From the IMG/VR virus record IMGVR_UViG_3300024308_000302, positions 1 to 64,000 of that record: a DNA stretch of 64,000 nucleotides. One strand, given 5' to 3'. Each line of letters begins with the position of its first letter. The stretch's first letter is position 1. The translations under genes were made by a program, and so were the position numbers. The notes beneath the pieces are model-generated. The model searched no databases. It saw nothing but the letters and a program-made list of their open reading frames with translations, and was not told the DNA's origin. Below are positions 38,094 to 47,018 of the stretch, piece after piece.

Positions 38094-38486
38094 CTATTCT
38101 TCTAGCACAAAAATACAAGCAAGTTTATCATCAGGATGCAAAGTATCGCCCCAAGCATCTTCATTATCAAAATGTTTGACATTTTTCTTTTTCAAGAGGG
38201 CATGAAGTTCAGTAAAATTGAATGAATATTTTTTATCCAATTCAGGCTCAATACAAAATTGCTGACCATCAAAATTGTAGATGAAAAAATAATTTGGCTT
38301 AACTGCAACAAAACGAATAGTCCAAAAATTTTCTTCTTTCACTGGCTCATCACGATGAGGATCAACCTCTGTCATATAGCAATATTCAACACCGTCAATT
38401 GTGAACTTTTCTGTGTAAGCAGACGCTTTAACACGCTTGCAACGTTCTTTGATGGCTTTGACAATTTCTGGATGATTAGTAAGCAT
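38094..38486 (-). CDS. putative HxD...H protein, paralog of 33229
   Basis: PHRD...YSFNF...HAL. Confidence 0.55.
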   Translation of the reverse strand: MLTNHPEIVKAIKERCKRVKASAYTEKFTIDGVEYCYMTEVDPHRDEPVKEENFWTIRFVAVKPNYFFIYNFDGQQFCIEPELDKKYSFNFTELHALLKKKNVKHFDNEDAWGDTLHPDDKLACIFVLEE

Positions 38487-38574
38487 GGTGAATACCAGTA
38501 ATTTGCAAGAAGATGATTATATCAAAAATAAGAAAATATGAAAAGCATCTTAATGAACAAGATGCTTAGAATAA

Positions 38575-38856
38575 TTAACTCTCGTTAATGAAAAAAGAAA
38601 CTCCAGTTTTGGGATAAAAAGTAGACTTCCAAAGATCACCATGTATATTGCCACCATCAAAAATGATGATTTCATAAATATGATGTTCATCAATAAGTTT
38701 TAGCAAAGAATCATAACTAACAGATTCCATATGTAGTTTAGAATCAACATTTTTAATAACGTAAGCATGGCCAACTGCATCATCAGATAGCATAGAATTG
38801 ATAGCAATGCCAAGATTACTCATGTAATCATCTGAATAAGTGATAGATTTTTGCAT
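38575..38856 (-). CDS. hypothetical protein
   Basis: start at MQKSIT (GGAG SD). Confidence 0.7.
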   Translation of the reverse strand: MQKSITYSDDYMSNLGIAINSMLSDDAVGHAYVIKNVDSKLHMESVSYDSLLKLIDEHHIYEIIIFDGGNIHGDLWKSTFYPKTGVSFFINES

Positions 38857-38939
38857 ACAATCTCCAAGATTATGATAAGAATAGAAGTTTATTATAGCAA
38901 ATATAAAAACAAAACTCAACTTATTTAAAGCAATAAAAA

Positions 38940-38957
38940 AACCACCCGAAGGTGGTT
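38940..38957 (-). terminator. terminator, AACCACCCGAAGGTGGTT family
   Basis: UUCG hairpin plus U-tract; copies at about 39637, 55615 and 57497. Confidence 0.85.
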
Positions 38958-38962
38958 AATTA

Positions 38963-39559
38963 TTAAGCAGCAAGTAATTCTTTTCTTCGTATTCCACAAG
39001 CAATTGCATTATCGATTGCTTGAGACTTGTAAGTCTCTAAATCATATATTTTATACATTTCATGAAAGTTTAAATAACACATTTGATAACAAGGATAAAA
39101 TGTAACTCGAAGATCATTTCCACAAATAAAGTTAATATAAGTTAGTAAATCGTCAAGTACAGAAGTAAAGCAATATTCAAAGGAAATTTCAGTAGATTGA
39201 ATAGTATTTAAATAATCCTTATTATGAAGATGATAAGAATGACTTTTACAAAGAGAAAGAATGTGATTTTCAAGAGACATAGCACGAAGCTTTGAAATAT
39301 CAGGATCTTTTGTGATAATTTTGAATAGATGAACAAAATTAATATTACTATCTTTAAATTTTTGTTTTAGAGCAGAAACTCTGCTACCGAAAGTAGAAGA
39401 ATGACCTATTTTAATAACACCATTTTTGAGACGCAATACATAAACAAAGTGAATATAATCTTTAGTGTTTCCATCCATTTCTTTAGAATGCATACGTCTT
39501 GGATCAACACAAGAATAGTTAGAAATAAAGAGTTTAGATCTGCGATGAAAAGCATACAT
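38963..39559 (-). CDS. GIY-YIG/T5orf172-like nuclease-domain protein
   Basis: FVYVLRLKNGVIKIGHS...R...L and a downstream E..IL. Confidence 0.6.
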   Translation of the reverse strand: MYAFHRRSKLFISNYSCVDPRRMHSKEMDGNTKDYIHFVYVLRLKNGVIKIGHSSTFGSRVSALKQKFKDSNINFVHLFKIITKDPDISKLRAMSLENHILSLCKSHSYHLHNKDYLNTIQSTEISFEYCFTSVLDDLLTYINFICGNDLRVTFYPCYQMCYLNFHEMYKIYDLETYKSQAIDNAIACGIRRKELLAA

Positions 39560-39659
39560 AAATATAAAATCTCATTTTTCAAGTTTAATAATTATATCAA
39601 AAATAAGCTCAATGGTAAAGCAAAAACAATAAAAAAACCACCCGAAGGTGGTTTGTGTT

Positions 39660-39826
39660 TGGTAGCTGTTGATGGGGTCGAACCACCAAGTTAGGACTAT
39701 TTCACAAGCTTCAGAGTACGTGCAATCTCGTCCGACAAGTTATTTCATCTTCACTCCGCTTCCACATCCACGGCTCTTGGTGTCTGCACGTATGACACCT
39801 CCTTCCGATCCAGTTTAGCAACAGCC
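39660..39826 (-). ncRNA. 167-nt tRNA-like RNA (acceptor stem, T arm, CCA) with internal pseudoknot, SD and short ORF
   Basis: GGCTGTT/AACAGCT-A-CCA; GGTGG-TTCGACC-CCATC; GGTGTC/GACACC and TACGTGCA/TGCACGTA. Confidence 0.8.
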
Positions 39827-39840
39827 ATAAATCTTAAATA

Positions 39841-39924
39841 TGGTGCGGAAAGCGGGACTCGAACCCGCACGCCTTGCGACACTGGCTTCTAAGACCAGCA
39901 CGTCTACCATTTCGTCACTTCCGC
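39841..39924 (-). tRNA. tRNA-Leu: tRNA-Leu(TAG)
   Basis: cloverleaf with long variable arm and CCA. Confidence 0.95.
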
Positions 39925-39931
39925 ATAAAAT

Positions 39932-40045
39932 CAAAGTGGTCTACTCTATTTATTTTAGCACCGAGTAGTATTCCATACTTTCAAGCTATATTGGCAACCG
40001 AAGCTGTTATTCCAAAACAAACCACTTGAAAGAAGTGCTAAGTTA
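39932..40045 (-). ncRNA. candidate structured leader RNA (pseudoknot plus cUUCGg hairpin)
   Basis: two crossing 7-bp helices; CAGC-TTCG-GTTG; AGTAT-GGA-ATACT. Confidence 0.45.
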
Positions 40046-40142
40046 TTGCTGCAAGATTTTGTATCTCCGTTTCGTCTTGTGGGCCTATTATAGTGTAATG
40101 CAAGGTAACCGTCAAGCTTTTTTACTTCTTTTAGAACAAATT

Positions 40143-40227
40143 TGGTGCCCAAAGTCGGACTCGAACCGACACTCCTTTCGGAAGCGGATTTTGAATCCGC
40201 CGCGTCTACCAATTTCACCATATGGGC
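40143..40227 (-). tRNA. tRNA-Leu: tRNA-Leu(CAA)
   Basis: cloverleaf with CCA. Confidence 0.95.
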
Positions 40228-40440
40228 TTGTTTAGTGGCTGGCCCGCGTCACCGCCTCCACCCGTAGACTTTAGCGTCTACCCTTTATGCGTTGCAGTAT
40301 ATCAAAGTTAGAGGTTCTGTACAAGCCTTTTTACCAACTTTTCAAAACTTTTTTGTCACTCAACTACATAACTACTTGCTGCATTATTGAAGTCACATTC
40401 TACTGCCAACTCATGTGATAATCAACCTTTTTTTGAAATA

Positions 40441-40623
40441 TTATTCTGCATCACGATCTTGGCAAGCTGATTTATAACCACGATTCCAGCTATACTGAAG
40501 CATGATATTGACAGCTTCCAACTGTTCAGGTGTAAAGCCTACAGTAGATGGGGCATTCGTGTTATTGGGATCTGCTGCATCTTCCATAATTTCACGAACA
40601 TCATCATGAATGTAGCCAGCCAT
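40441..40623 (-). CDS. small acidic protein
   Basis: start at MAGYIH (GAGG SD). Confidence 0.65.
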   Translation of the reverse strand: MAGYIHDDVREIMEDAADPNNTNAPSTVGFTPEQLEAVNIMLQYSWNRGYKSACQDRDAE

Positions 40624-40689
40624 GGTAAACCTCATCGTTTGTGTATAGCGTTTATATTAACAAATATCTAATTTGAAAACAAGAAAAAA

Positions 40690-41292
40690 TTAGAGTTTTT
40701 GATTGGTGTCCACATAACCTAAGTAGGCACTAATTTTTTTCTCAACATATTCTTTACTTTGTGTAAAATCATTATGGTGCTCATCACGCTGCATATAGCC
40801 TTTAGGGAATGTCATAGTCACATTCATGCCAAGTGCTTCACCAGCAATACCACCAGCCCAATCAGCACCTGTTTGACCACCTGAGATGAGGTTGGTTATA
40901 GGCCAAAATTCATGGACTTTGGAAATAACAAGATAAACCCACTGGTTCAAAGATGCTTGAGATTCGTTCACAAGTTGCTCTGCATCCAAAGTATTAAATT
41001 TGTTGGGTTGATTATCCTTAGACCATTCACCTGACAAGGAATAGATTCCATTACCAGCCACATTCAAAGTGGAAACATTGTGTTTTTTGCAAGCAGCATA
41101 AAGCATACGAGCAGCCACAAGTGGGTCAGTGCTCAAATGGATAGAAACATAACGTTCACCAGCTTCACGTTTGGTCAAGCGTTCACCGGCTGAAGAAAAG
41201 TCTTCTGCGATAGCGACAGTAAGATCTGCTGTACGAGCATTGTGTACAGTTCGTGGCTTGTACTGTGCAGATTCATGTTCGATAATATGCAT
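40690..41292 (-). CDS. SLOG-superfamily (putative molybdenum carrier-like) protein
   Basis: RT..N...ADLT.A, LNVAGN, ISGGQTGAD.AG motifs. Confidence 0.75.
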   Translation of the reverse strand: MHIIEHESAQYKPRTVHNARTADLTVAIAEDFSSAGERLTKREAGERYVSIHLSTDPLVAARMLYAACKKHNVSTLNVAGNGIYSLSGEWSKDNQPNKFNTLDAEQLVNESQASLNQWVYLVISKVHEFWPITNLISGGQTGADWAGGIAGEALGMNVTMTFPKGYMQRDEHHNDFTQSKEYVEKKISAYLGYVDTNQKL

Positions 41293-41333
41293 AAAACCCC
41301 CTCATTCTGTGAATATACATTATACCATAAGGA

Positions 41334-41738
41334 TCAACGTTTCACACGAATATTTTTAAAATTTTTAGGAACGACATTTGATATATCATTTCTAATAATT
41401 GTTTTTGGATCATTAATAAAAACAACTTGACCATCATCAGAAATAAATAAAGGATTAACATTTGAATATTCTATCAAAGCAAAACCATATTTTTGCAAAA
41501 CAGAAAAGTCACGAATAAAACGCATACATTTATCTTTAGATTCAAAAGCAAAAATTGCATAAGGATGATCATTTAATATTTTTTGAACTTCTGGAATGGC
41601 ATCAATATCTTTCATCACAGATTTTATGCCATTAATACCTTTATTGACAACTTCTATTATCTGACCACCATGTTCAAAAGGGCCAAGACTAGAGATAGAA
41701 TGTTCAATACGATACACAGAACAAATGGCATCGGTCAT
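41334..41738 (-). CDS. hypothetical protein
   Basis: VYRIEH...GPF motif. Confidence 0.7.
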   Translation of the reverse strand: MTDAICSVYRIEHSISSLGPFEHGGQIIEVVNKGINGIKSVMKDIDAIPEVQKILNDHPYAIFAFESKDKCMRFIRDFSVLQKYGFALIEYSNVNPLFISDDGQVVFINDPKTIIRNDISNVVPKNFKNIRVKR

Positions 41739-41777
41739 ATTAAAGCTCGAAAAATGGTTATAAAATTATGTATAATG

Positions 41778-41960
41778 TTAATCAGATTTTTTCAATGGAA
41801 ATATCATATCCCAAACAAAATGTCCCTTTTGAGTCGTCCAACAGTAAGCTGTAGACTCTACAGACAAACAATCTTTCATTCGATAATAGGAAGCACACAA
41901 CGACAACAAAAACGCAACACCGATGACGAAAGCAAAAATTGGAATCATACTTTTGTTCAT
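41778..41960 (-). CDS. small membrane or exported protein
   Basis: N-terminal hydrophobic segment. Confidence 0.6.
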   Translation of the reverse strand: MNKSMIPIFAFVIGVAFLLSLCASYYRMKDCLSVESTAYCWTTQKGHFVWDMIFPLKKSD

Positions 41961-42205
41961 GATTTGATGCCCTGAATGGTCATTTTAAGATGAGGACATT
42001 ATACCAATAAAACACATATGATGGCAAGAAAATTTTCAAAAATATTAGAAATGAATCAAATCAAAATAAAGAAAACGTATAATACAAAGTAAGCAATATA
42101 AATATATAGAAAAGCATAATAAATTAAAGTAAAAATAAATAAGTCAGACTATTGACCGTATAGTTTCTTATGTTAAATTTTTTAAAACAACACACATAAA
42201 GAGGG

Positions 42206-42790
42206 ATGACTATGTTAAAAAAAATATTAGGGACAATGGCTGTATTGGCATTGTGTGCTAACGCTCAAGCTGGTGTTATTATAGGCGGTTCACTTGGGTC
42301 AAGTTCAAGTGATATAAAAAATGCTAAATATGATGATAAAGTAAAGAATGAAGATTACAGTGACTCTTTGAAGAGTGCTGAAACTTGGGGTATTAAACTT
42401 GGTTATGATTTTGAAGTAGCAAGAACATATATCAGTTATGATTATGCTTCAAAAAATGATCATGGCAAGAATAGCCAAGAAAACATAGTGTTATCTGCTG
42501 ATTATATGTATAGAGTTAGTAATGAAGTAAGGTTGTTTGCAGGGCTTTCTGGTGGTTATAACAGAATGAAAAATGAATCAACAAGTTATCGTGGATATAC
42601 TTACGATCCATATAGTTATGTATGGGGTGGTCAATTAGGTATGTTATATGAATTCTCTAACTGGCAATTAGAAACAGGCTACAGATATTTAAAACATGAC
42701 ACTGATGAACATGAAGAAGGTGCAAGTAAAGTATTCCCACAAATAAGAGCCACTGACCAAGTGTATATTGGTCTAAACTATCATTTTTAA
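42206..42790 (+). CDS. outer-membrane beta-barrel protein (8-stranded OmpA/Ail-like porin family)
   Basis: signal peptide (AQA), alternating beta strands, C-terminal YIGLNYHF BAM signal. Confidence 0.85.
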   Translation: MTMLKKILGTMAVLALCANAQAGVIIGGSLGSSSSDIKNAKYDDKVKNEDYSDSLKSAETWGIKLGYDFEVARTYISYDYASKNDHGKNSQENIVLSADYMYRVSNEVRLFAGLSGGYNRMKNESTSYRGYTYDPYSYVWGGQLGMLYEFSNWQLETGYRYLKHDTDEHEEGASKVFPQIRATDQVYIGLNYHF

Positions 42791-42836
42791 ACAAACAAAA
42801 AAGCCGTCCTAAGACGGCTTTCTTATTGCTTTGAAA

Positions 42837-43031
42837 TCAGCCCATTACAACAGAACGAAGGGCCTTTTCGGAGAAGCGGCGTGGTTCAGGAGCCTGACCA
42901 GACCGAACATCTGGAACACCTTGAACAAGATATTCACGACCATTTTCAGTTGGGTACGAAGCCACAACACGACCAGTATAGCCAGAAGCACGAGCCGAAA
43001 CCAGATCACGAGCACCGAATTTATGAGTCAT
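42837..43031 (-). CDS. small SH3/KOW-like protein
   Basis: F...DLV.....GYTGRVV...Y.V pattern. Confidence 0.6.
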   Translation of the reverse strand: MTHKFGARDLVSARASGYTGRVVASYPTENGREYLVQGVPDVRSGQAPEPRRFSEKALRSVVMG

Positions 43032-43153
43032 TGTGTATTTCCTTCTATTGTTTGGTTGATGGTGGCTATTATAGCAAGGTTGGTATCAATAGACAAGCAT
43101 TTTTTCTATTTTTAAAAAGAGATTTTCTGAAAATCCCTATTTTTTAAGTGCGT

Positions 43154-43432
43154 TCAAAAAGGCCCGAAAGGGCTTTTTTGAGTACCTGCAAGACTTCTTG
43201 CTGGCGTTGGTGCTTCATACTCCAAAGCAGCCTGCAGACACTCGCGTGGAGTTCCACAATGAATGTTTCGAATGCAACGACCACCAGAACCAGTATTGTT
43301 TTTGTCTTCGTATTCATCAAGACCTGTATAGCCATTACGAGACTTAGCAGCAAGATAAACACCAGTACCAGCTAACCCAACATTGATATCTTTAAGGTCA
43401 GCAGTAAGACTTTTGATAGTATAACGAGTCAT
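43154..43432 (-). CDS. hypothetical protein
   Basis: GAGG SD. Confidence 0.7.
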   Translation of the reverse strand: MTRYTIKSLTADLKDINVGLAGTGVYLAAKSRNGYTGLDEYEDKNNTGSGGRCIRNIHCGTPRECLQAALEYEAPTPARSLAGTQKSPFGPF

Positions 43433-43537
43433 AGGAACCTCAACATGGATAATTGTGTTAATTGTACTCTAAAATGTATAAATTGGCAACGACATTAAAC
43501 AAAAAACCCGCCGAAGCGGGCTTTCAAATCAAATGAT

Positions 43538-44260
43538 TTAGAGATAACGCAACGTGTTTTGAGTTGGAGTTGCTTTATAACCAAAAGTTTCCAGAAGTTT
43601 AACATCAAAATCAATGATTTTTGCCTTTGAAGATTCACGGTCAGTAACAGGAATATCAGCAAGCGGTGCCATTTCTGCAAAAGGCAAAGCAGTTACGTTG
43701 AAAACGTTATGGCGAAGTTCAACCAAAGCAGTTTGATCGGCTGCCAATGTGGCAATTTTCACAATACGAGTGCCATCAATACTATCTTCATAAGTTCCAC
43801 GACGATGAATGTCACCATTTTCAATGGTTGGAACTTCCGTAATTGCATCAAACATTTGTTGGAAGCTGTTATCAGCCATTTCACTGGTATAGTCGGTCAG
43901 GTAGCCAAAAATAGAAACCCGAGCACCTTTGTTAGCTTCACGAACTTTATTTTTTGCAATTTTGCGAACGCTATAACTACGATTATTACGATATTCAGAC
44001 AGCAGGCGTTCAAAAGGGGTTTTCTTTTCGGTATCATCGAAAAGTCGCATAAAAGCAGGCATAGAAGTCATGCCTTTATTGTTAACCATCAAACAGATAG
44101 CATCACTTGCATGATGATAATGAGAAACAATGATACCATTGGTTTCTTCAAAACCTTTAGTAACTCGTTCAATATTTCGAAGGCCAAGAGCGTAAACTTT
44201 ATCAAAACTTGGCACTTCCGAAACATCGTGACGAATTGCAATGATGACTTGATTACCCAT
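43538..44260 (-). CDS. hypothetical protein
   Basis: start at MGNQVI (GGAG SD). Confidence 0.75.
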   Translation of the reverse strand: MGNQVIIAIRHDVSEVPSFDKVYALGLRNIERVTKGFEETNGIIVSHYHHASDAICLMVNNKGMTSMPAFMRLFDDTEKKTPFERLLSEYRNNRSYSVRKIAKNKVREANKGARVSIFGYLTDYTSEMADNSFQQMFDAITEVPTIENGDIHRRGTYEDSIDGTRIVKIATLAADQTALVELRHNVFNVTALPFAEMAPLADIPVTDRESSKAKIIDFDVKLLETFGYKATPTQNTLRYL

Positions 44261-44329
44261 GATGTAGCTCCGATTTCGTTTAAGTGAGCCAATTATACAT
44301 GAATCCACCATTGGGGTAAAGAAAAAAAT

Positions 44330-44977
44330 TTAGATTTTATACATATCGATCAAATCACAAACGGAATCAGGATTAAATCCAATATCCAAGTCAAAATTAA
44401 CATCAATTTTTTTATCTTTTAATAATTTTTCAATTGATGAATCAAGATAAGCCAAAATAGGTTCAGTTAAATACCATTTTGATTTAATGTGTTTAAAATA
44501 AGTATAAATAGTATAATTTTTGCATTCAAAACTAACAGAGTTTAAATAAAATGAAACATCGACGCCATAAGAGTGAACATCAAAATTTATTGTCTCAAAT
44601 ATTTTATTATCTTTTTCATTATTTAAGTGATTAAATACTTTAAGTAATTTTAATTGATGAGCAATATGACTATTTATAATTGAGTCATTTTTTAAAAATT
44701 CAACAAGTTCTAAATCATCAAATTTAAACTTAACACCAACTAAAGTTTCAAGAGATGGATGTAAAGAAATATCAAATAAAACCTGATCAGTAGATGTTTC
44801 AATAATATTAAAAAGAAAAGGATATTCATTGGTAACAGGAACAACTGAATAAAGAGCAGGATCAAAATTGAACTCAAGAATAGAAAACGCTTTTTGTAGA
44901 AGATTTCTCCTGCCTTCTTCTAGCCTTTTTTCTACTTCTTCCAAAAGTGAATTTGATATATAACTACTATTTTCCAT
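44330..44977 (-). CDS. hypothetical protein (very AT-rich)
   Basis: start at MENSSY; ends DLIDMYKI. Confidence 0.7.
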   Translation of the reverse strand: MENSSYISNSLLEEVEKRLEEGRRNLLQKAFSILEFNFDPALYSVVPVTNEYPFLFNIIETSTDQVLFDISLHPSLETLVGVKFKFDDLELVEFLKNDSIINSHIAHQLKLLKVFNHLNNEKDNKIFETINFDVHSYGVDVSFYLNSVSFECKNYTIYTYFKHIKSKWYLTEPILAYLDSSIEKLLKDKKIDVNFDLDIGFNPDSVCDLIDMYKI

Positions 44978-45040
44978 ATGTCCACCTAAATATAAATAAG
45001 AAAAGGCCACCTAAGTGACCTTTAATATCATAACAACCAG

Positions 45041-45430
45041 TTAGCTCATTTGCTCACTGAAACGGTTCATCGCTTCAACAAAGTCTTTGCGAACCTTCAA
45101 TGCGTCTTCATCAGAGATAACTGAACATGCCTTGATATAGCGAACAGCAGATGCGTCAATATCTTCTGGAATCTCAACATTATGACCAGACAGATAAGAG
45201 CTATTCCACGAACTCAGGGTTAGCGATTCCTGTTCTGGATAGCCGAAAAGTTCCATACCTTGAGCATTACGAGAGGCTTCCAGAGCGAAGTAGTTCACTT
45301 GCCCATCATGCGAAAAACTGAATTTCACAGTGGATTTACGAATAGCACCACCATTGAGATCAACGGTATTGATTTTTTTGAAGGAAATCGCTTTGAGCAA
45401 GGCACGGTTAAATTTTTGAGAATAGTTCAT
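45041..45430 (-). CDS. hypothetical protein
   Basis: GAGGA SD. Confidence 0.75.
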   Translation of the reverse strand: MNYSQKFNRALLKAISFKKINTVDLNGGAIRKSTVKFSFSHDGQVNYFALEASRNAQGMELFGYPEQESLTLSSWNSSYLSGHNVEIPEDIDASAVRYIKACSVISDEDALKVRKDFVEAMNRFSEQMS

Positions 45431-45520
45431 GTTCTTGAGTCCTCTCTGTTGTTAGGCGTTCATTGTACAACGAAAGTCGTAATGAGGCAAGAAAAAAATG
45501 TGTATATTATCTGAAAAATC

Positions 45521-45907
45521 TTAATTTTGGACACATGACATTTTTCCACCTTTTGATTTATAGCAAGAAACATTGAAAGATTTGTCATGATATTTGTAAA
45601 GATATTCTGATTCAAAAACTTCAATATCAATATAACTTACATTCAGTAAAGATGACTTGTTAATAACACAAGATAGACTACCACCACCTGTTTTATAACA
45701 AATATTTTTACCATCAATGAAACGAGTCAAAGAATGGCTATCATTTTTAAAAACTTGAATATTGGGAGAAAAAGTTTTATTGACTGTTTTAACTTCAACA
45801 TCAATTTTAATTGGAGTTGAAGGTGCATTGAAAAGATGATCTTTAAAACCATAGCTCAAACCAGCAATAAGCAAAACTAACAAAATAAGAATATTTCGCA
45901 TACGCAT
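45521..45907 (-). CDS. membrane-anchored protein with a duplicated D...CY...G.xSCV domain
   Basis: N-terminal TM; two CY..GG.LSCV-like repeats. Confidence 0.7.
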   Translation of the reverse strand: MRMRNILILLVLLIAGLSYGFKDHLFNAPSTPIKIDVEVKTVNKTFSPNIQVFKNDSHSLTRFIDGKNICYKTGGGSLSCVINKSSLLNVSYIDIEVFESEYLYKYHDKSFNVSCYKSKGGKMSCVQN

Positions 45908-45954
45908 TATCTAATTCTCTCTAAAATGAAAAAGGCTACCTAAGTAGCCTATAA

Positions 45955-46500
45955 TTATAACTGTTTTGAAGCGAGTTGTCTATATTTTGCTGATTTAGTC
46001 GAGTCATAAAAAACATGACCACCAATGTCAGCAACAGCCGCCATACGTTTTGCCCAAGCAGGCGTTTTGATAGTAGCTGCAACAAAATGATCTGCCCCAT
46101 TTGAATAATCTGGATATGTCCCGTCAAGTACACCACGAGCAATAATCTTCATTTTATTAGATTGTGCTGTGTTCATTTTTGGAGCCTTACCACTATTCAT
46201 CCATTTGCATACATAAGAAAATTGGCAATACCATTTATCTTTGTCTTCATCATAGCGTTTGTCTTCAACAACACCAGCTACTGTATCTTGGAAACCATCG
46301 CGTTCAGTACGGTTAACAATAACCTGACCTACAGCGATAATGCCTTTTTGAGATTCGCCACGAGCCTCGAAATAGAGAGCTTCTGCAAGTTTTACACAAT
46401 CTACATCAGCATTACAGCGATTAATGGTTTCCTTTGCTGCAAATACATTAGATGAAAATAACGCGGCGATAGAGATAAAGGCAATTTTAAAATAAGACAT
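45955..46500 (-). CDS. cell-wall hydrolase, SleB (Hydrolase_2) family
   Basis: LAEALYFEARGES..G..AV..V..NR, CQFS, IGGHVFY; signal peptide. Confidence 0.9.
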   Translation of the reverse strand: MSYFKIAFISIAALFSSNVFAAKETINRCNADVDCVKLAEALYFEARGESQKGIIAVGQVIVNRTERDGFQDTVAGVVEDKRYDEDKDKWYCQFSYVCKWMNSGKAPKMNTAQSNKMKIIARGVLDGTYPDYSNGADHFVAATIKTPAWAKRMAAVADIGGHVFYDSTKSAKYRQLASKQL

Positions 46501-46685
46501 TAAAGATCCCTTTTAAAGTTACATAAATTTAAGTTTAACCTGATAAAAGGTAGTAAGTCAAGGTTAAGCTCGCGGAAAAACACATTATAATAGATAAGCG
46601 GATAAAGATAAAGCCCAATTAAGGGCTTTTTTAGGTGTTATAATTATTAAAAAAATGCTTATCCAATCATTTCTGAATAAGTATA

Positions 46686-46943
46686 TTAACGGAACATCTT
46701 TTTCAGACTATTGTTAATATTGCGGTCAAGATTACGAAATGCTTTGCGAACTTCTTGTTTAGGCATACGTTCATAACGATTGATTTCAGAACGAACTTGT
46801 CGAGTCTGATATTTATAAGCTGGCGAAGAAAATTGCAAACCGCTGCTAGTCCAACGAAGTTTTACAGGATTTTGAGAAGATGACGAAGCAAATGCAGGGG
46901 TGGTCATCACGATTACGATGAGAGCAAAGATGATTTTTTTCAT
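46686..46943 (-). CDS. small exported basic protein
   Basis: signal peptide (AFA). Confidence 0.7.
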   Translation of the reverse strand: MKKIIFALIVIVMTTPAFASSSSQNPVKLRWTSSGLQFSSPAYKYQTRQVRSEINRYERMPKQEVRKAFRNLDRNINNSLKKMFR

Positions 46944-47018
46944 AGTGGTTCTCCGTTTTCAATGACATGATTATATCAAAAAACACAAAATAATACAACC
47001 AACTTTTACATAAAACAG

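Noticed and set aside
33774-40227. tRNA-associated theta (HDV-like) ribozymes
   Set aside because: The sequence directly 3' of the tRNAs is short or AT-rich and lacks the nested double pseudoknot.
39955-40235. ORFs overlapping tRNA genes (39955 -, 40026 +, 35019 +, 36539 +, 35367 -)
   Set aside because: They run through tRNA sequences and are artefacts.
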